In this document: positions 24,461 through 38,344 of the stretch, piece by piece | How the letters are laid out: each line of letters opens with the position of its first letter | Position numbering within the stretch: the first letter of the stretch is position 1 | Source: Malacoraja senta | Taxonomy: Eukaryota | DNA length: 64,000 nt | Assembly: GCA_038087875.1 (NCBI GenBank) | Contig: CM075990.1 | Coordinates: 12,898,001 to 12,962,000, forward strand | Reading direction: 5' to 3' | Translations under genes and position numbers: made by a program | The notes under the pieces: generated by a model | Databases searched by the model: none | Told to the model about the DNA's origin: nothing | Seen by the model: the letters and a program-made list of their open reading frames with translations, nothing else

Positions 24461-26021
24461 AAACTCTCTTGACTCTTGACTTGACTCTTGACGTCCGAGC
24501 CCGGGTGGTGTTAGAAAGGGACATGGTTGTATTGGAGTTATTTAGTATATTTGTAACATAGTCGTTTGGAAATTAAGTTCCTGAATAATTTGGTGATTTT
24601 GTAACACGGTGGCGGGTGTGTCACCATGGTTTGGTTTTGTACCGTGATAGTAATTCAATAAATTATTTTTGATACTAAAATAAAAGACGAGAAGCGTTTT
24701 AATCAAAGGTGTGTGAAGCTGCGGAATTCTCACGTTGAGTGTTTTGAATGTTGGGATGGATATCTGTGGCACCAGAAGAGACATGGGGGAAAAAGGCATA
24801 GTGTTGGAGGAACTCAGCAGGTCAAACAGCACCACTGGCAACTGAGGGATTGGCGATGTTTCGATCCACATCGTGGCTGTTTGGGTGTGAACGTGGAGGA
24901 GACAATAGATTATCCATGAACGGTGGGGCGGGTAAAAGGGGCTGGAAGGTCTACTCATCTTTCTGTTTCTAACATTGTCCTATTTTCTTTGAGGTGGCTA
25001 TAAAAGATATGGTGACTCTGCTTTGAATGTAGCTCCACCAACTGGGTCTTTGTTTGGAATGACCTGGCCTGACTAAGACGCCTCGCTCTCTCCTCTCGGT
25101 AGCCTCCGAAGGTTTCAAGTGGACAATCAGGAGAGAGGGGAATTTGTCGCTCTGCATGACTGATGGTGGATCTCTCGCTGGTGGATCAGACGGTCACCTC
25201 CACCAAGGCCACTTGGTCAAGAGTTGACTGCTGTCTTCAGGGCAAATTGAACCAGGGATCTCAGGTGAGTGCGATCAATGAAGGGTGATTGTTCCCTGCA
25301 CGGCACAAGCGGCAGGAAGCGTCTGCAGTTGGGTGAGTCATCAGTCTGACCGCAAGACTTGTTACCACAGCACATCCCATGCCATACACAGAGTGTGGCT
25401 TCTGCTGCCATGACATCAATGACGTTAGTTAGTCACTATCAGACTCTGCATGTTACTGCAATATGCAAGGCCACATAAAATCATTTCCCCTCTGCTAGAA
25501 ATGATGTAGAATTACATTGGCAATCGATTGCACCAGATTTCTTGACTCAAATCATTTACTGAAAATGAAAGGTAGGGCGGATATTATTCAGACTCTTGCA
25601 CAATCTCAGGCTTCCAGTAACCTCATGCGCATTCACCTGCCTTTGTGCCTAATCCTCTGAATCTCTCCATAGTCTGCCACTGCCCATCTCCTTAGCTTCC
25701 TCCAACCCAACTAAAGCCCCTGCTCCTCAACTTGTTCTTCTCTGCACTCACCTTCAATACCCCTCCCCCCCCCCCCGCCCCCATCCCCACTTTCACCCAC
25801 CAAATCTCAGTGATTCTACCTTCAGCCACAACGTCTCAAACTCTGCCGTTCCATCCATCAAACTCTCTGTTTTTCCGATTCCTCCTTAAACAAACCTTTG
25901 GCTGAAGATTTTATCACCTATCCGAAGATTTGAAAAAAAAGGTTTTTTTCAAAACATTCCTTTGGCCAATCAATTTATCACCTCTTGAAACATGTTTTCA
26001 AAAGTACTTGCATCGTGACAG

Positions 26022-26207
26022 GTAGACGAAAATGCTGGAGAAACTCAGCGGGTGAGGCAGCATGTATGGAGCGAAGGAATAGGTGACGTCTCGACCCGAA
26101 ACGTCGCCTATTTCCTTCGCTCCATAGATGCTGCCTCACCCGCTGAGTTTCTCCAGCATTTTTGTTCACCGTCAATTTTTCCAGCATCTGCAGTTCCTTC
26201 TTAAACA
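26022..26207. mobile_element. Inverted dimer of Penelope terminal repeat
   Basis: Inverted arms; exact TSD tgcatcgtgacag at 26009-26021 / 26208-26220. Confidence 0.88.
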
Positions 26208-26354
26208 TGCATCGTGACAGAGCCTTTAATATCCTCTCTACAGCCAATAAGATAAATTTGAATCATCATTAGTTTTGTACAGTAGGAAACACTTCAAACA
26301 TTTTACGTGTAGGATCCCATGAAGAGCAAAATAATAATGATCAGATAATCTGTT

Positions 26355-26665
26355 TTTAGTTTAGTTTGGTTGAGAGATACAGCATTGAAACAGGCCCTTC
26401 GGCCCACTGAGACCAGGCTGACCATTGATCACCTGTTCACATTCATTCTGTTGTCCCACTTTCTCATCTACTCCTTACACCCTGTGGGGCAATTTAAAGA
26501 GGCCAATTAACTTGCATACCCACATGTCGTTGGGATGTGCGAGTAAAGCAGGGCACCTAGAGAGAACCCGCGGGGAGAACATACAGACAGTTCACGTAGT
26601 CAGGATCGAACCTGGGTCTCTGGCGCTGGAAAGAAGCAACACTACCGCCGTGCCACGGTGCCGTC
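26355..26665 (-). mobile_element. Diverged HE1/V-SINE-type SINE
   Basis: Head, core and (taaac)n tail recognisable; a similar old copy lies at ~18676-18965. Confidence 0.7.
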
Positions 26666-27407
26666 CTATGTTTTACTAATGTTATTGAGAGGCAACGATT
26701 GGTGAGGACACTAGGATAACAGACTGAAGAAGGGTCATGACCCAAAACATCACCTATCCATGTTCTCCAGAGATGCTGCCTGACCTGCTGAGTTACACTA
26801 GTACTGAGCCTTTTTTTTGTAGACCACCACCTGCAGTTCCTTGTTCCTACACTAAGATACAGGTAACTCCTCAGTTTAAAAAAAAACTGAGATCATTTTA
26901 AACTGAGATCATTTATAACTACCCAAAAGGCAGCAGAGATTTAGTTTGACAATCAACGTATATGACATTGGTGGCGGGGCCAAGTTTGTTGATGGGTGGA
27001 CTTGTGGCTGCTTAAAAGGGTATAGATAAGCTGTGGTAGACACAAAATGCTGGAGTAACTCAGCGGGACAGGCAGCATCTCTGGAGAGAAGGAATGGGTG
27101 ACGTTTTGGGTTGAGACCCTTCTTCAGACTGGTGATCTATATCCTATAGATGAGCTGGGAGTGGTCAAGAATATGATAGATGGAATATACTAATTTTATG
27201 TGGACTTTGTTCCTAAAAATGGGGACCAGAGTAAGTGAATCGAGGACCACAGGACATATGTTTACGGTGAAGGGGAAAAGATTTAATAGGAATCTGAGGG
27301 GTAACTTTTTCACACAAAAGGTGATGGGTGTACGGAACGAGCTGACAGAGGAGGCCGTTGAGGCATGAACTATCCCGATGTTGAAGAAACAGTTAGACAG
27401 GTAAATG

Positions 27408-27619
27408 TTTAAGAAGGAGCTGCAGATGCTGGAAAATCGAAGGTAGACAAAAGTGCTGGAGAAACTCAGTGGGTGCCGCAGCATCTAAGGAGCGAAGGAA
27501 ATAGGCAACGTTTTGGGCCGAAACGTCTGATGAAGGGTTTCAGCCCGAATCGTTGCCTATTTCCTTCGCTCCTTAGATGCTGCTGCACCCGCTGAGTTTC
27601 TCCAGCACTTTTGTCTACC
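27408..27619. mobile_element. Inverted dimer of Penelope terminal repeat inserted in a CR1 fragment
   Basis: TSD ttagacaggtaaatg at 27393-27407 / 27620-27634. Confidence 0.88.
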
Positions 27620-29942
27620 TTAGACAGGTAAATGGATAGGACAGGTTTGGTGGGATATGGGCCAAACACAGGCAGGTGGGACATGTTGGGGCAAGTTGGG
27701 CTGAGGGGCCTGTTTCCAAGCTGTGTGACTAATGGCTCCATCTGAATGAACAATTTTGTTTGAAGTAATTTGGGACCTTTGGGTTAGGGTTGCCTCCACT
27801 GAAGGGTGAAAGGAATTCAAGTGAATGCAGCCAGAAGGGTCCCACTCCAGATGAAACAAGGAAGTGTTTTTTTGTATCTACAGTGTGGTACACATCTGGA
27901 AGGTACTGACTGAGGGGCTGGTGGAGGCAGGAACACTCACAACATTGAAGGCCTATATAGACAAGGACCTGAAGCACCATGCAAAGTGCTGGAAAATAGG
28001 ATTAATAGGGAAAAGTACCCAAAGGTCAGATGAAGGATTGTGGACCAAAGGGTCAATTTCCTTGCTGTATGATGCTGGGACTCCATGAAAGGCATTGTGA
28101 ATTTCCAGCTGAGTTAGCTGACTCCATTCGAAAGGGTGGCTAACTGAGAGGCTGAACAGATAATATTAATTTAAAGGACATCAATTATGGCATTGAGCTT
28201 CTTTTGAATCATCAAAAACCTTTTTAATGAGCGGTGATCAAGGCGGTCGACACGATGGAGGAGCAGAAAGACGTACACCGCCCTGGCCACGCTCTCATTT
28301 CGCGACTACTATCGGCAAGAAGGAGCCTGAAATCCTTGACCGCCAGGTTTAAGAACAGTTTCTTCCCAACAAACATCAGGCCCTTGAGCACAACGCAACA
28401 CTAACCTCTGGTATGTAAAATAGCAATCTGGAGAAAATTTCCGATCCCAAAACGTCACCCATTTTGTTTTCACCAGAGATGCTGCCAGACCTGTTGAGTT
28501 ACTCCAGCACTTTGTGTCTAACAACACTAACCTCAGCAATTATTATCTTCTATGGACCGTGTTCTTGACCGCACCTTGTATTTTGTTTTTTGCACTTTTA
28601 TGGTTACCATAAATGATTGTGTTTTTGGCTATTATATATTTATCTATGAGTTATTACATTTACAGGCTTGTTAAGCTGCACCAAGTAAGGATTTCATTGT
28701 TCCATTGCCTGTTCACATGGCAAAGAAACACTCTTGACACCCTTTGAACAGATCCGCCTAATTTACAACCTCCCTACTCTGTACTCCCATTGCCTTCGAC
28801 CTGTAGACAACCTGGATTATGGTTACAGTTCACCCACATGACAAAGTTGCACATTCTGATTTTTCAGACCTCAATTTGAACAAAGAAAAAATACAAGACC
28901 GTCAAGTCAAGTCAGGTCGAGCTTGTTGTCAAATTCACAAGTTCGATTAGGTACAGGCTCAATGTGAACCTTGCTTGCAGCAACATCAGAGACACAAAGA
29001 CTTAGACAAACACAAGAAACATAAATTAGACATGAATTATTCATATAACTACACCCAAAATTCTGCACAAAAAAAAGAAGACTCTGCAAAAAAAGAATTG
29101 GCATAAAACAATTACCATTACTGGTAAAGAAAGCAGACAGTGTGCACTTGCTTTCATGGCTTGGGGCATTGAGTATAAGAGTCAGGAAGGCACAATGCAG
29201 CTTTGTAGGACTTTGGTTATGCCACATTTGGAGTATTACATGCAGTTCTGGTTACCCCCGTTACAGGAAGGATGTGGAGGCGATGGAAATGGTGCAGAGG
29301 ATGTTTACCAGAATGACGCCTGGATTCGGGGCTATTAGCTGCAGGGAGAGGTGGGATAGATTTGCATTGTTTTCTCTGCAATGCTGGAGGTTACGCGGAG
29401 ATCTGATAGGAGTATATAAAATTAGGCAGCATCTCTGGAGAGAAGGAATGGGTGACGCTTCGGGTCGAGACCCTTCTTCAGAATGCTGCCTGGGCCCGCT
29501 GAGTTACTCTAGCTTTTTGTGTCTATCTTCAATGAAATGGCACAGTGGATAGTGCTGCTGCTTCACAGATGCAGCGATCCGGGTTAGATACTGAGCTCGG
29601 TTACTGTCTGTGTGGAGCTTGCACGTTGTCCCTAAACCCCATGTGGATTTTTTCCCCCGAGTCCTCTACTTCCAAGTCCCAAAGGCGTGCTGGTTGGCAT
29701 GCTGCAAATGGCTCATGTTATAGCTGTGTCTCCAGGGGACTGTTCATTAACATGTGTGATGGAACAGATGACAGGGAAATGGGTGGTGGGATGGGATTGA
29801 TGGATTGCTATGTGTACAAGAACAGGCTTGTTGGGTCAAATGAGTTCCTTCTTGGTTGTAAGAAAATATATATGACGTGTCGTAGCTGCTGTAACGTTGG
29901 AAACGCAGCAGCTAATATGCACACTTTAAACCTACCCATGGC

Positions 29943-30346
29943 TAAAGATCCTATAGCAAGCAAGATAGATCACTCGACGAAAAAGACTTAGTACGGTCAT
30001 GGACAGATTTATGGGTAATTTTCGGCCCCATTTCCGTAACCGGCTTCCGTCTCCGCACCAAAGATCCCATAGCGGAGCAAAGATACTAGTGCGGAGACGG
30101 AAGCCGGTTACGGAAACATCCTCGTAAAAATCAAAGTTCTTTGGTAAAAATCTTCTCCTCATTTTCAGAATTATAATTTATTAACACAAACTGTTCCCCC
30201 GCAACGTTGATTACACTGCGAGTCGGGTCGGGTTGGGTTACTGAAATGGATGAAAAAAAGACCCACGTTCCGCTCCGTTGCGTACTACACGTCAGCCCAT
30301 TGAATTTAGAGGGAGTGGTCTATCTTGCTTTGCTATAGGATCTTTG
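29943..30346 (-). mobile_element. hAT-type MITE, copy 2 (reverse orientation)
   Basis: Same TIRs; 8-bp TSD cccatggc / cccgtggc (29935-29942 / 30347-30354). Confidence 0.9.
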
Positions 30347-31009
30347 CCCGTGGCCAGAGGAAGGTGATAATGACCAGACATCCACCTGAATCTTCATTGT
30401 GTGGGTCTTCTGGGGCGACCAATTCTGGGGCGACCAGTTTAATGAATCTGGCAAGTTAGCGCATCTTCAATGTGGGCACTGAGATCTGTGGGGGAAATTG
30501 CCCCAGCACCAGGGACAAGAAACATTAGTTCATAAGTGATAGGAGCAGAATTAGGCCATTCGGTTCATCATGTCATCTCCGCCATTCAATCATGGCTGAT
30601 CTACCATCCCCTCTCAACCCCATTCTCCTGTCATTAACACTGCAGCTTGCGATGGGGATGGTGAATGCCACAAAATATAGGAACTGATCTTTCGGGTTCG
30701 AGACCCATCTTCAGACTGAGAGTAAGGGGAAAGGGAAACTGAGTTCCAGGCTTAGCTCCAGGCCCACAGCCTCCACCAAGAGCTTCCATATTGCGAATGT
30801 CCAAGGAAATCTCTTCCGTGTTGTCCACTATTCTCAGAGGTTAGCACTAGATCCTGAATTCTAACCTTGACCTGGCGTTGCACAACATAATATTACTTTT
30901 CTTAGATCACTGTTAGACATTTAATTGGAACCCATCACCACAGGGAATACAATCATATCCTCTTCATTATTTTGCTTGGCTCATTTTGGCAGCCGATTGC
31001 AAGAATTTT

Positions 31010-31328
31010 AGTTCAGTTTAGTTTAGAGATACAGCGCAGAAACAGGCCCTTCGGCCCACCGGGTCCGTGCCGACCAGCAATCCCCGCACATCAACACTAT
31101 CCTACACACACTAGGGACATTTTTTACACATACACCAAGCCAATTAACCTACAAACCTGCACCTCTTTGGAGTGTGGGAGGAAACCAAAGATCTCGGGGA
31201 AAACCCACGAGGTCACGGGGAGATAGTACAAACCGTACAGACAGCACCTGTAGTCGGGATTGAACCTGGGTCTCCAGCGCTGCAAGCGCTGTAAGGCAGC
31301 AACTCTACCGCTGCACCACCGTGCCGCC
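31010..31328 (-). mobile_element. HE1/V-SINE-type SINE, near full length
   Basis: Same consensus. Confidence 0.85.
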
Positions 31329-31769
31329 TGACATAATTGACCCATCTTGATCAACATTAAACAGCCACTGTGTGTCCAGTAACCCTTTCGGGAAGGAGAC
31401 TTTGAAAGAGGACTATGGCCCATCTCCCTTACGGTGTTATATCTACCACTGGTCATTGTCTTTGATCGATTGAGAGGGACAATTGCTTGGATGAGAAGCT
31501 TTAGGTCAACAAGTTAACCACATGCATAGCAGAGGGCAGAAGGGAATTAAATGCATTACGTTGAACTTTCCATGATGTCCCAAACCACTTTACAGCGACT
31601 GAGGTAATGTAGGAAACACAGGAGCCAATTTACCCACAACGATTTACCCACAACAAGCTTCCACAAACAACACATACACAGGCTGAAGAAGGGCCTCGAC
31701 CAGAAACGTCACCCATTCCTTCTCTCCAGAGATGCTGCCTGTCCCGCTGAGTTACACCACCACCAGAGA

Positions 31770-32338
31770 ACACTCATGCCATTATTAAGAAAGCACATCA
31801 GCGCCTCCACCTCCTGAGAAGATTACGGAGAGTCGGTTTGTCAAGGAGGACTCTCTCTAACAGGTGCACAGTAGAGAGCATGCTGACCGGTTGCATCGTG
31901 GCTTGGTTCGGCAACGAGCGCTCTGACCTCCCTTCCATCGAGGGGATCTATCACAGTCGCTGCCTCAAAAAGGCTGGCAGTATCATCAAGGACCCACACC
32001 ATCCTGGCCACACATCTCCCTACTACCTTCAGGTAGAAGGTACAGGAGCCTGAAGACTGCAACGACCAGGTTCAGGAATAGCTACTTCCCCACAGCCATC
32101 AGGCTATTAAAAGCTGGCTCGGACAAAACACTGAACTTTATTAGCCAATTAACTGTTATTTGCACTTTATCAGTATATTGATTCACGTGTGTATATATTT
32201 ATAGAATGGTATATGGACACACTGATCTGTTTTGTAGTCAATGCCTACTATGTTCTGTTGTGCTGAAGCAAAGCAAGAATTTCATTGTCCTATCAGGGAC
32301 ACATGACAATAAACTCACTTGAACTTGAACTTGAACTT
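31770..32338 (+). mobile_element. Rex1/Babar-like LINE 3' fragment
   Basis: KKAHQRLHLLRRLR...CTVESMLTGCIVAWFGN...IIKDPHHPGH; tail gacaataaactc + (acttga)n. Confidence 0.78.
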
Positions 32339-33414
32339 TTTGCGTCTATTATCGTCAACCTATTCATTGGTTCATTGCTGGGATTGGGCTTGTGCTATCT
32401 ATTTTAATGAGACCAATATTTATTGAGGATTATTTTATTAGCCAGGAAACTTGGAGAACTCTCGGATCTTTTTACAATACTGGCCATGTGTTGAGAGTCA
32501 TAACACGTAGCAAATCTTGGCCTTTCATGTCTGTGCTGGATGAGAAAAGAGCCTAAATCTTCCAACATTTTGTCCACAACCCGTAGGTCTCGGCTTGTCA
32601 GCGACACTCCCACATGCCCTTTAATGTGGTGGTGTGTGTATGCATCCATCACCCCTTCAGGCGACTCATCAAGGATGAGTCTCACCACAGACACTCCCTC
32701 TTCTCCCCTCTCCCATCAGGCAAGAGGTACAGAAGTGTGAAAACGCACACCTCCAGATTCAGGGACAGTTTCTTCCCATCTGTTATCAGGCAACTGACCA
32801 TCTTATCAACAACTAGAGAGCGGTCCTGACCTCCCATCTACTGTACCTCATTGGAGACCCTTGGACGATCTTTAATCGGACTTTAATGGACTTTATCTTA
32901 CACTGAATGTTATTCTCTTTATCATGTATCTGTACACTGTGGATGGCTCGATTGGAACCATGTGGAATCTTTCCACTGACTGGTTAGGACGCAACAAAAG
33001 CTTTTCACTGTACCTCATGACACTAAACTAAACTTTCAGGCAGCAGTTTACAGATCGCTAAGATTCTCTGAGTGAGAAAAATAAATCATTTTCTCCTCTA
33101 ATTCTTCTTTCAATTGTTGGGCTTTTGACCCCGCTGTTCAGAAAATAATCCTGTCCTATTTACTTTGTCTGCGACTCTCAGAATTTTATATCCCTATCCC
33201 CAGTCTCCTTCTCAATCAGGGAACACTCTTATCTACGATAGACACAAAAAGCTGAAGAAGGGTCTCGACACGAAACATCACCCATTCCTTCTCTCTGGAG
33301 ATGCTGCCTCTCTCGCTGAGTTACTCCAGCTTTTTGTCTATCTTCGGTTTAAACCAGCATCTGCAGTTCCTTCCAACACTCTTTTCTAATCTTTTTAGTA
33401 CTAAAAATCTAGTA

Positions 33415-33765
33415 CTAGAAACATAGAAAATAGGTGCAGGAGGAGGCCATTCGTTGTGATCATGGCTGATCGTCCCCTATCAATAACCCGTGCCTGCCTT
33501 CTCCCCATATCCCTTGACTCCACTAGTCCCTAGAGCTCTATCTAACTCTCTCTTAAATCCATCCAGTGATTTGGCCTCCACTGCCCTCTGTGGCAGGGAA
33601 TTCCATAAATTCACAACTCGCTGGGTGAAAAAGTTTTTTCTCACCTCAGTCTTAAATGACCTCCCCTTTATTCGAAGACTGTGGCCCCTGGGTCTGGACT
33701 CGCCCAACATTGGGATCATTTTTCCTGCATCTAGCTTGTCCAATCCTTTTATAATTTTATGGGAC
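33415..33765 (-). mobile_element. CR1 LINE 3' fragment
   Basis: KIIKGLDKLDAGKMIPMLGESRPRGHSLRIKG...FFTQRVVNLWNSLP. Confidence 0.9.
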
Positions 33766-34349
33766 ATATAAAAAGCTGATGTGTGCATCCTTAATAATTA
33801 CAGACGAAGGGTAGGTGTTGGAAGGTTGACCCTTCTGGCCTGAGCCTGGGGTCTGTGGAAGATTTCGTCTCTGGAGACACTCGGAGCCTGTGGCTTTCTG
33901 ACTTGGAGCCGAGGTTGCCTTGCACTCAGGCAGTATTGTTGCCAACTGCTGCACCGGTCCCACAGGTTGGAAACTGATACACTCAGGCCGACATGCAGGG
34001 AGGGGTGAACAGATCCCACATTGCCACAGGGCTCATAGATCCGCTCAATGATCTTTGCTCATAGCTACCACAACACATGCAAACAGGCAGTCATTCAACA
34101 CCACTAAGCCTCCTGAACTCGGCAAACCAGAAACGGTGGGGGGGGGGTCAGAGATCAGGGAAAACGCTGACTCTGCTCTTCGATTTGGATCCCAGCTGAC
34201 TGAGAGATGAACTGAAGCCTCCCCTCCCCCCTCTGCTGCTCGGAGGCACAGATGGAGTCAGTCAAGAATTTTTTAACCACTTGTGTGCTGATGTTGCATT
34301 GTTTGTTGCCTCAGAAACAAGCCAAGGCATTGAATTGTCATAAAACATC

Positions 34350-34895
34350 TTTAGTTTAGTTTAGAGATACAGTGTGGAAACAGGCCCTTCGGCCCACCGT
34401 GTCCGCACCGACCAGCGATCCCCACACACTGGCACTATCCTACACAGGGTACGTTACCATAGAACTTTATTTAATTGGTCTGCCAACAGTCATCAAATGC
34501 AAGATACATGAAATTAAAATGACTAGTGGAAAGTCCAAGATTGGGGAGGTGCAAAGATTGGGATGGGGGGGGGGATTAAGGGAGTCAGTCTACCCCACGA
34601 CAGAAGGGGGGGGAGTTGTACAGTTTGATAGCCACAGGGAAGAAGGATCTCCTGTGGCGTTCTGTGCTGCATCTCGGTGGAACCAGTCTGTTGCTGAAGG
34701 TGTTCCTCAACTTACAATTGTTACCGAAGCCAATTAACCTCCTGACCAACACGTCTTTGGAGTGTGGGGGGAAGCCGGAGCACCCAGAGAAAACCCACGC
34801 GGTCACAGGGAGAACGTACAAACTCCGTACAGACGGCACCTGTAGTCAGGGGCGAACCCGGGTCTCTGGCGCTGTAGGGCAGCAACTGTGCCACT
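34350..34895 (-). mobile_element. HE1-type SINE interrupted by a Rex1-like LINE 3' end (~34448-34710)
   Basis: Insert encodes FSNRLVPPRCSTERHRRSFFPVAIKLYN on the minus strand, typical of a Rex1/Babar ORF C-terminus. Confidence 0.75.
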
Positions 34896-35607
34896 GTTCA
34901 AAATCAAAAGCAAAAGCAGGGTTAGCCCTCTTTCAAAGAATTGACTACACAATCCAGGTCTAGTACTGGGTAAGGCTGCACTTGGCATATTCATCTTTTG
35001 GATGAAGTGTTAAAACATAGACATGGTCTCTATTAGTCGTGAGACTGAATATAAAAACAAAGAGATCATATTCAAGGTAATGGTCGGGTCACAGCTAGAC
35101 TACAACAAGTACGTTTTGTTCACCACACAACATAAACACTAGTCGCCTAGTAGAACTGAGAATGTATTGTGTCATTGTTTAATGGTATATCTCTTTGTCA
35201 CGTTGCTGTGTTTAATGTGCCTGCAAAGCTGCTGCAAGGACCTCATTGTTTCAGTCCAGGTGCTCAAGACAAGTAAACACTCTTTCCTGGCAGAACCCAA
35301 GAAAAATAGGACCGGGACTCGGCCACCAAGCCTCTCGAGACTGCCCCACCATTCAACATGGTAATTGAAAGGAAAGGCATACAGCACACAGGTTTACCGT
35401 CTGAGATGCTGTCTGACCCGCTGAGTTACTCCAGCTTTTTGTGTCTATCTTGGGTTTAAAACAGCACCTGCGGGTTTTCTTAGAAGAGAGGGGTTTTTGG
35501 GCAAAGTATGATTGAAATTTAACGAGGGGGAAGATAAAGTCACAGGCATACAACAACAGAGACAAACAAGCCCTTTCGGCCATCATGAGTCTCCGCTGAC
35601 CATTGTG

Positions 35608-35808
35608 GACAAAATTGCTGGAGAAACTCAGCGGGTGAGGCAGCATCTATGGAGCGAAGGAATAGGTGACGTTTCGGGTCGAGACCCTTCTTCAGACCGA
35701 AACGTCACATATTCCTTCGCTCCATAGATGCTGCCTCACCCGCTGAGTTTCTCCAGCATTTTTGTCTACCTTCGATTTTTCCAGCATCTGCAGTTCTTTC
35801 TTAAACAT
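35608..35808. mobile_element. Inverted dimer of Penelope terminal repeat with intact hammerhead-like core (minus strand, 35665-35697)
   Basis: Minus strand ggtCTGAAGAagggtctcgacccGAAAcgtcacc; inverted arms; boundaries approximate. Confidence 0.82.
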
Positions 35809-37029
35809 CAATTACCCATTAACACTCATGCAATTGTAAATGAAACTAAGCTAAGGTAAAGAGGCTGTAAGACTCAGCAGGGTAACAATATTATGTCAGT
35901 CGTGTGTGTCCGTCCCTCAAACCTCTGAACGACCAGATGTAAATCACCTTGCAACGTGTTGTTATGTTGAGCAATGTATCACATTATGCACCAGTGCAGC
36001 TAGCCCATTAGTTGCAGGCTTGCAGCACTTGCTGAGGGAAGGTGACACGGTGGCGCAGTTAGTATGACCGCTGCCTCATCGCATCAGAACACTGGGTTCA
36101 ATTCTGACCTCTGCTGCTGCCTGTGTGGAGTTTGCATGTTCTCACAGTAACTGCACGGGTTTCCTCCGGGTGCTCCAGATTCCTCCCACATCCCCAAAAT
36201 ATGCAGGTTTGTTGATAAATTGGTCATTGCAAATTAAACCTCGCGCGCAGGGGAGTGGTAGAATCTGAGAGGAGTTGACGAGAATGGGGGAGAATAACTA
36301 ATGAGATTAATGTGGGATAAGTGTAAATAACATGGATTTAGTGGGTCAAAGGGTTTGTTTCTGGTCTGTGTCTCCATGAGGAAGAGTTAGCAGAATCTTA
36401 GTTCTAAATGTAAACTGCCTGGCCACTTACCTTCTTCAGAAGGGTCTCGACCCGAAACGTCACCTATTTCCTTCGCTCCAGATGCTGCCTCATCCGCTGA
36501 GTTTCTCCAGCATTTTTGTCTACCTTCGATTTTCCAGCATCTGCAGTTCCTTCTTAAACAAATACCTTCTGAGAATGTTCACTACTTGACGTTACAGGCC
36601 TTAACAATAATACAGCCTCGAGTCTTGAAGCAGAAGACACCATTTTGTCTAAGTAGGTATCTCCTCCTGACTCTGAGCCAGAAGATTGGAGTTTCACGTC
36701 TTACTCCAGAGAAATGGGCATCCACACTAACCTCCCATTTACTGTGGCCTGTCAGTTGTGTAGATGTTAAATAGTGGTCCTGTCCAAAAATCCATGGGGC
36801 ACCAATCGACGTTGTTCAAGCAGACTTTCCACTTGTCATCATTTTGCTGATTGCAGCTGCTAACAAATTAGCAATTGTTTCCGGCATTGCGTTTCCTGTC
36901 TCACAACAGTGTCCATACTTTGAACGTTATTAATGTGCTGACTGGCACCCAGAGATGTTCTTAGGATGTGAAGAAAGGTGCTACGTAAAAGCTAGTCCTT
37001 CATTGTTGCCGTTATTGTTTCCGTTCCAT

Positions 37030-38240
37030 TTGAACATTTAATGCAGGTAAGTGCGAGGTGTTGCATGGTGTGAAGTCAAACCAGGGCAAGACCATGTTGA
37101 ATGGTACGGCCTTGCGGAGTGTTATAGAGCATAGGGATATGGGAGTGCAGATACATAGTTCATGAAAGTGGCGTCACAGGTAGGTAAGGTGGTCAAGAAG
37201 TCTTTAGATACATCAGCCTTTAGCAGTTTATAGAGTCGAGGGTCAAGAGAGTTTATTGTCATGTGTCCCAGATAGGACAATGAAATTCTTGCATTGCTGC
37301 CGCGCACAACAGGATATTGTATTCATAAATACAGATCAGATCAGTGTGTCCCTATACCATAGAATATATATATACACACATCAGTAAACAGATAAAGTGC
37401 AATAGATTGTTATAGTTCATAGCTTGTTTGAAGTTGTGTTTAATAGCCTGATGGCTGTGGGGAAGTAGCTATTCCTGAACCTGGATGTTGCAGATTTCAG
37501 GCCCCTGTACCTTCTACCCGATGGCAGCGGAGAGATGAGTGCGTGGCCAGGATGGTGTGGGTCCTTGATGATGCTGCCAGCCTTTTTGAGGCAGCGACTG
37601 CGATAGATGCCCTCGATGGTAGGGAGGTCAGAGCCGATGATGGACTGGGACTGGGCATGTTATGTTACAGTTGTACAACATGTTGGTGAGGCCGCTTTTG
37701 GCGTATTGAGTTCAGTTTTGGTCACCCTGCTACAGGGAGGATGTCATTCAGTTAGAAAGAGTGCAGGGAAGATTTACGGGGATGTGGCCAGGATTTTAGT
37801 AGATGAGCTATAGGATGAGGAAGCGCAGGTTAGGACATTATTTCTTGCTGCACAGGCGGCTGACGGTGATCTTACAAGGGTGTATAAATTCATAAGAGGA
37901 ATAGATAGGATGAATGCACATAGCCTTTTACCCAGGCTAGGGGAATGAAGAACCAGACGACATCGGTGTAGGTTAGAGGGGGAAGATTTAATAGGAAGCT
38001 GAAGGGCAACTATTTCACACAGAGGGTGGTGAGTACATTGAAACAAGTTGCCAGAGAAGGTAGTTGAGGCAGGTATTATAACAACATAAAAAAAATATTT
38101 GGACAGGTGTAAGAATAGGACAGGTTTAGATGGATATGGGCCAACTCTGGGCAGATGGAACTAGCGTCAATGGCGCGCCTTGATCGGCATGGACAAGTTG
38201 GACTGAAAGGCCTGTTTCTGTGCTGTATGAATCTGTGACC
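37030..38240 (+). mobile_element. Degraded CR1 fragment split by a minus-strand Rex1-like LINE end (~37240-37645)
   Basis: CR1 ORF2 remnants on both sides; insert is the reverse complement of 31920-32310-type sequence. Confidence 0.75.
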
Positions 38241-38344
38241 CTATTTAGAGGGAGCACATGAGCATGTGACAATAAACGCATCTTGATTTGAACACTCATT
38301 AAGGTGCGGTAAAACGCCACGTTAACCCCGAGTAACAACACACA

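Noticed and set aside
32404..34130. Possible minus-strand exons (32404-32640, 33798-34060; also 30740-30840)
   Set aside because: No recognisable homology and no consistent splice sites or phases; unresolved without BLASTX or RNA-seq
1..38000. Expected neighbouring gene such as CHST3
   Set aside because: No sulfotransferase or other host coding exon recognised; the region looks intergenic
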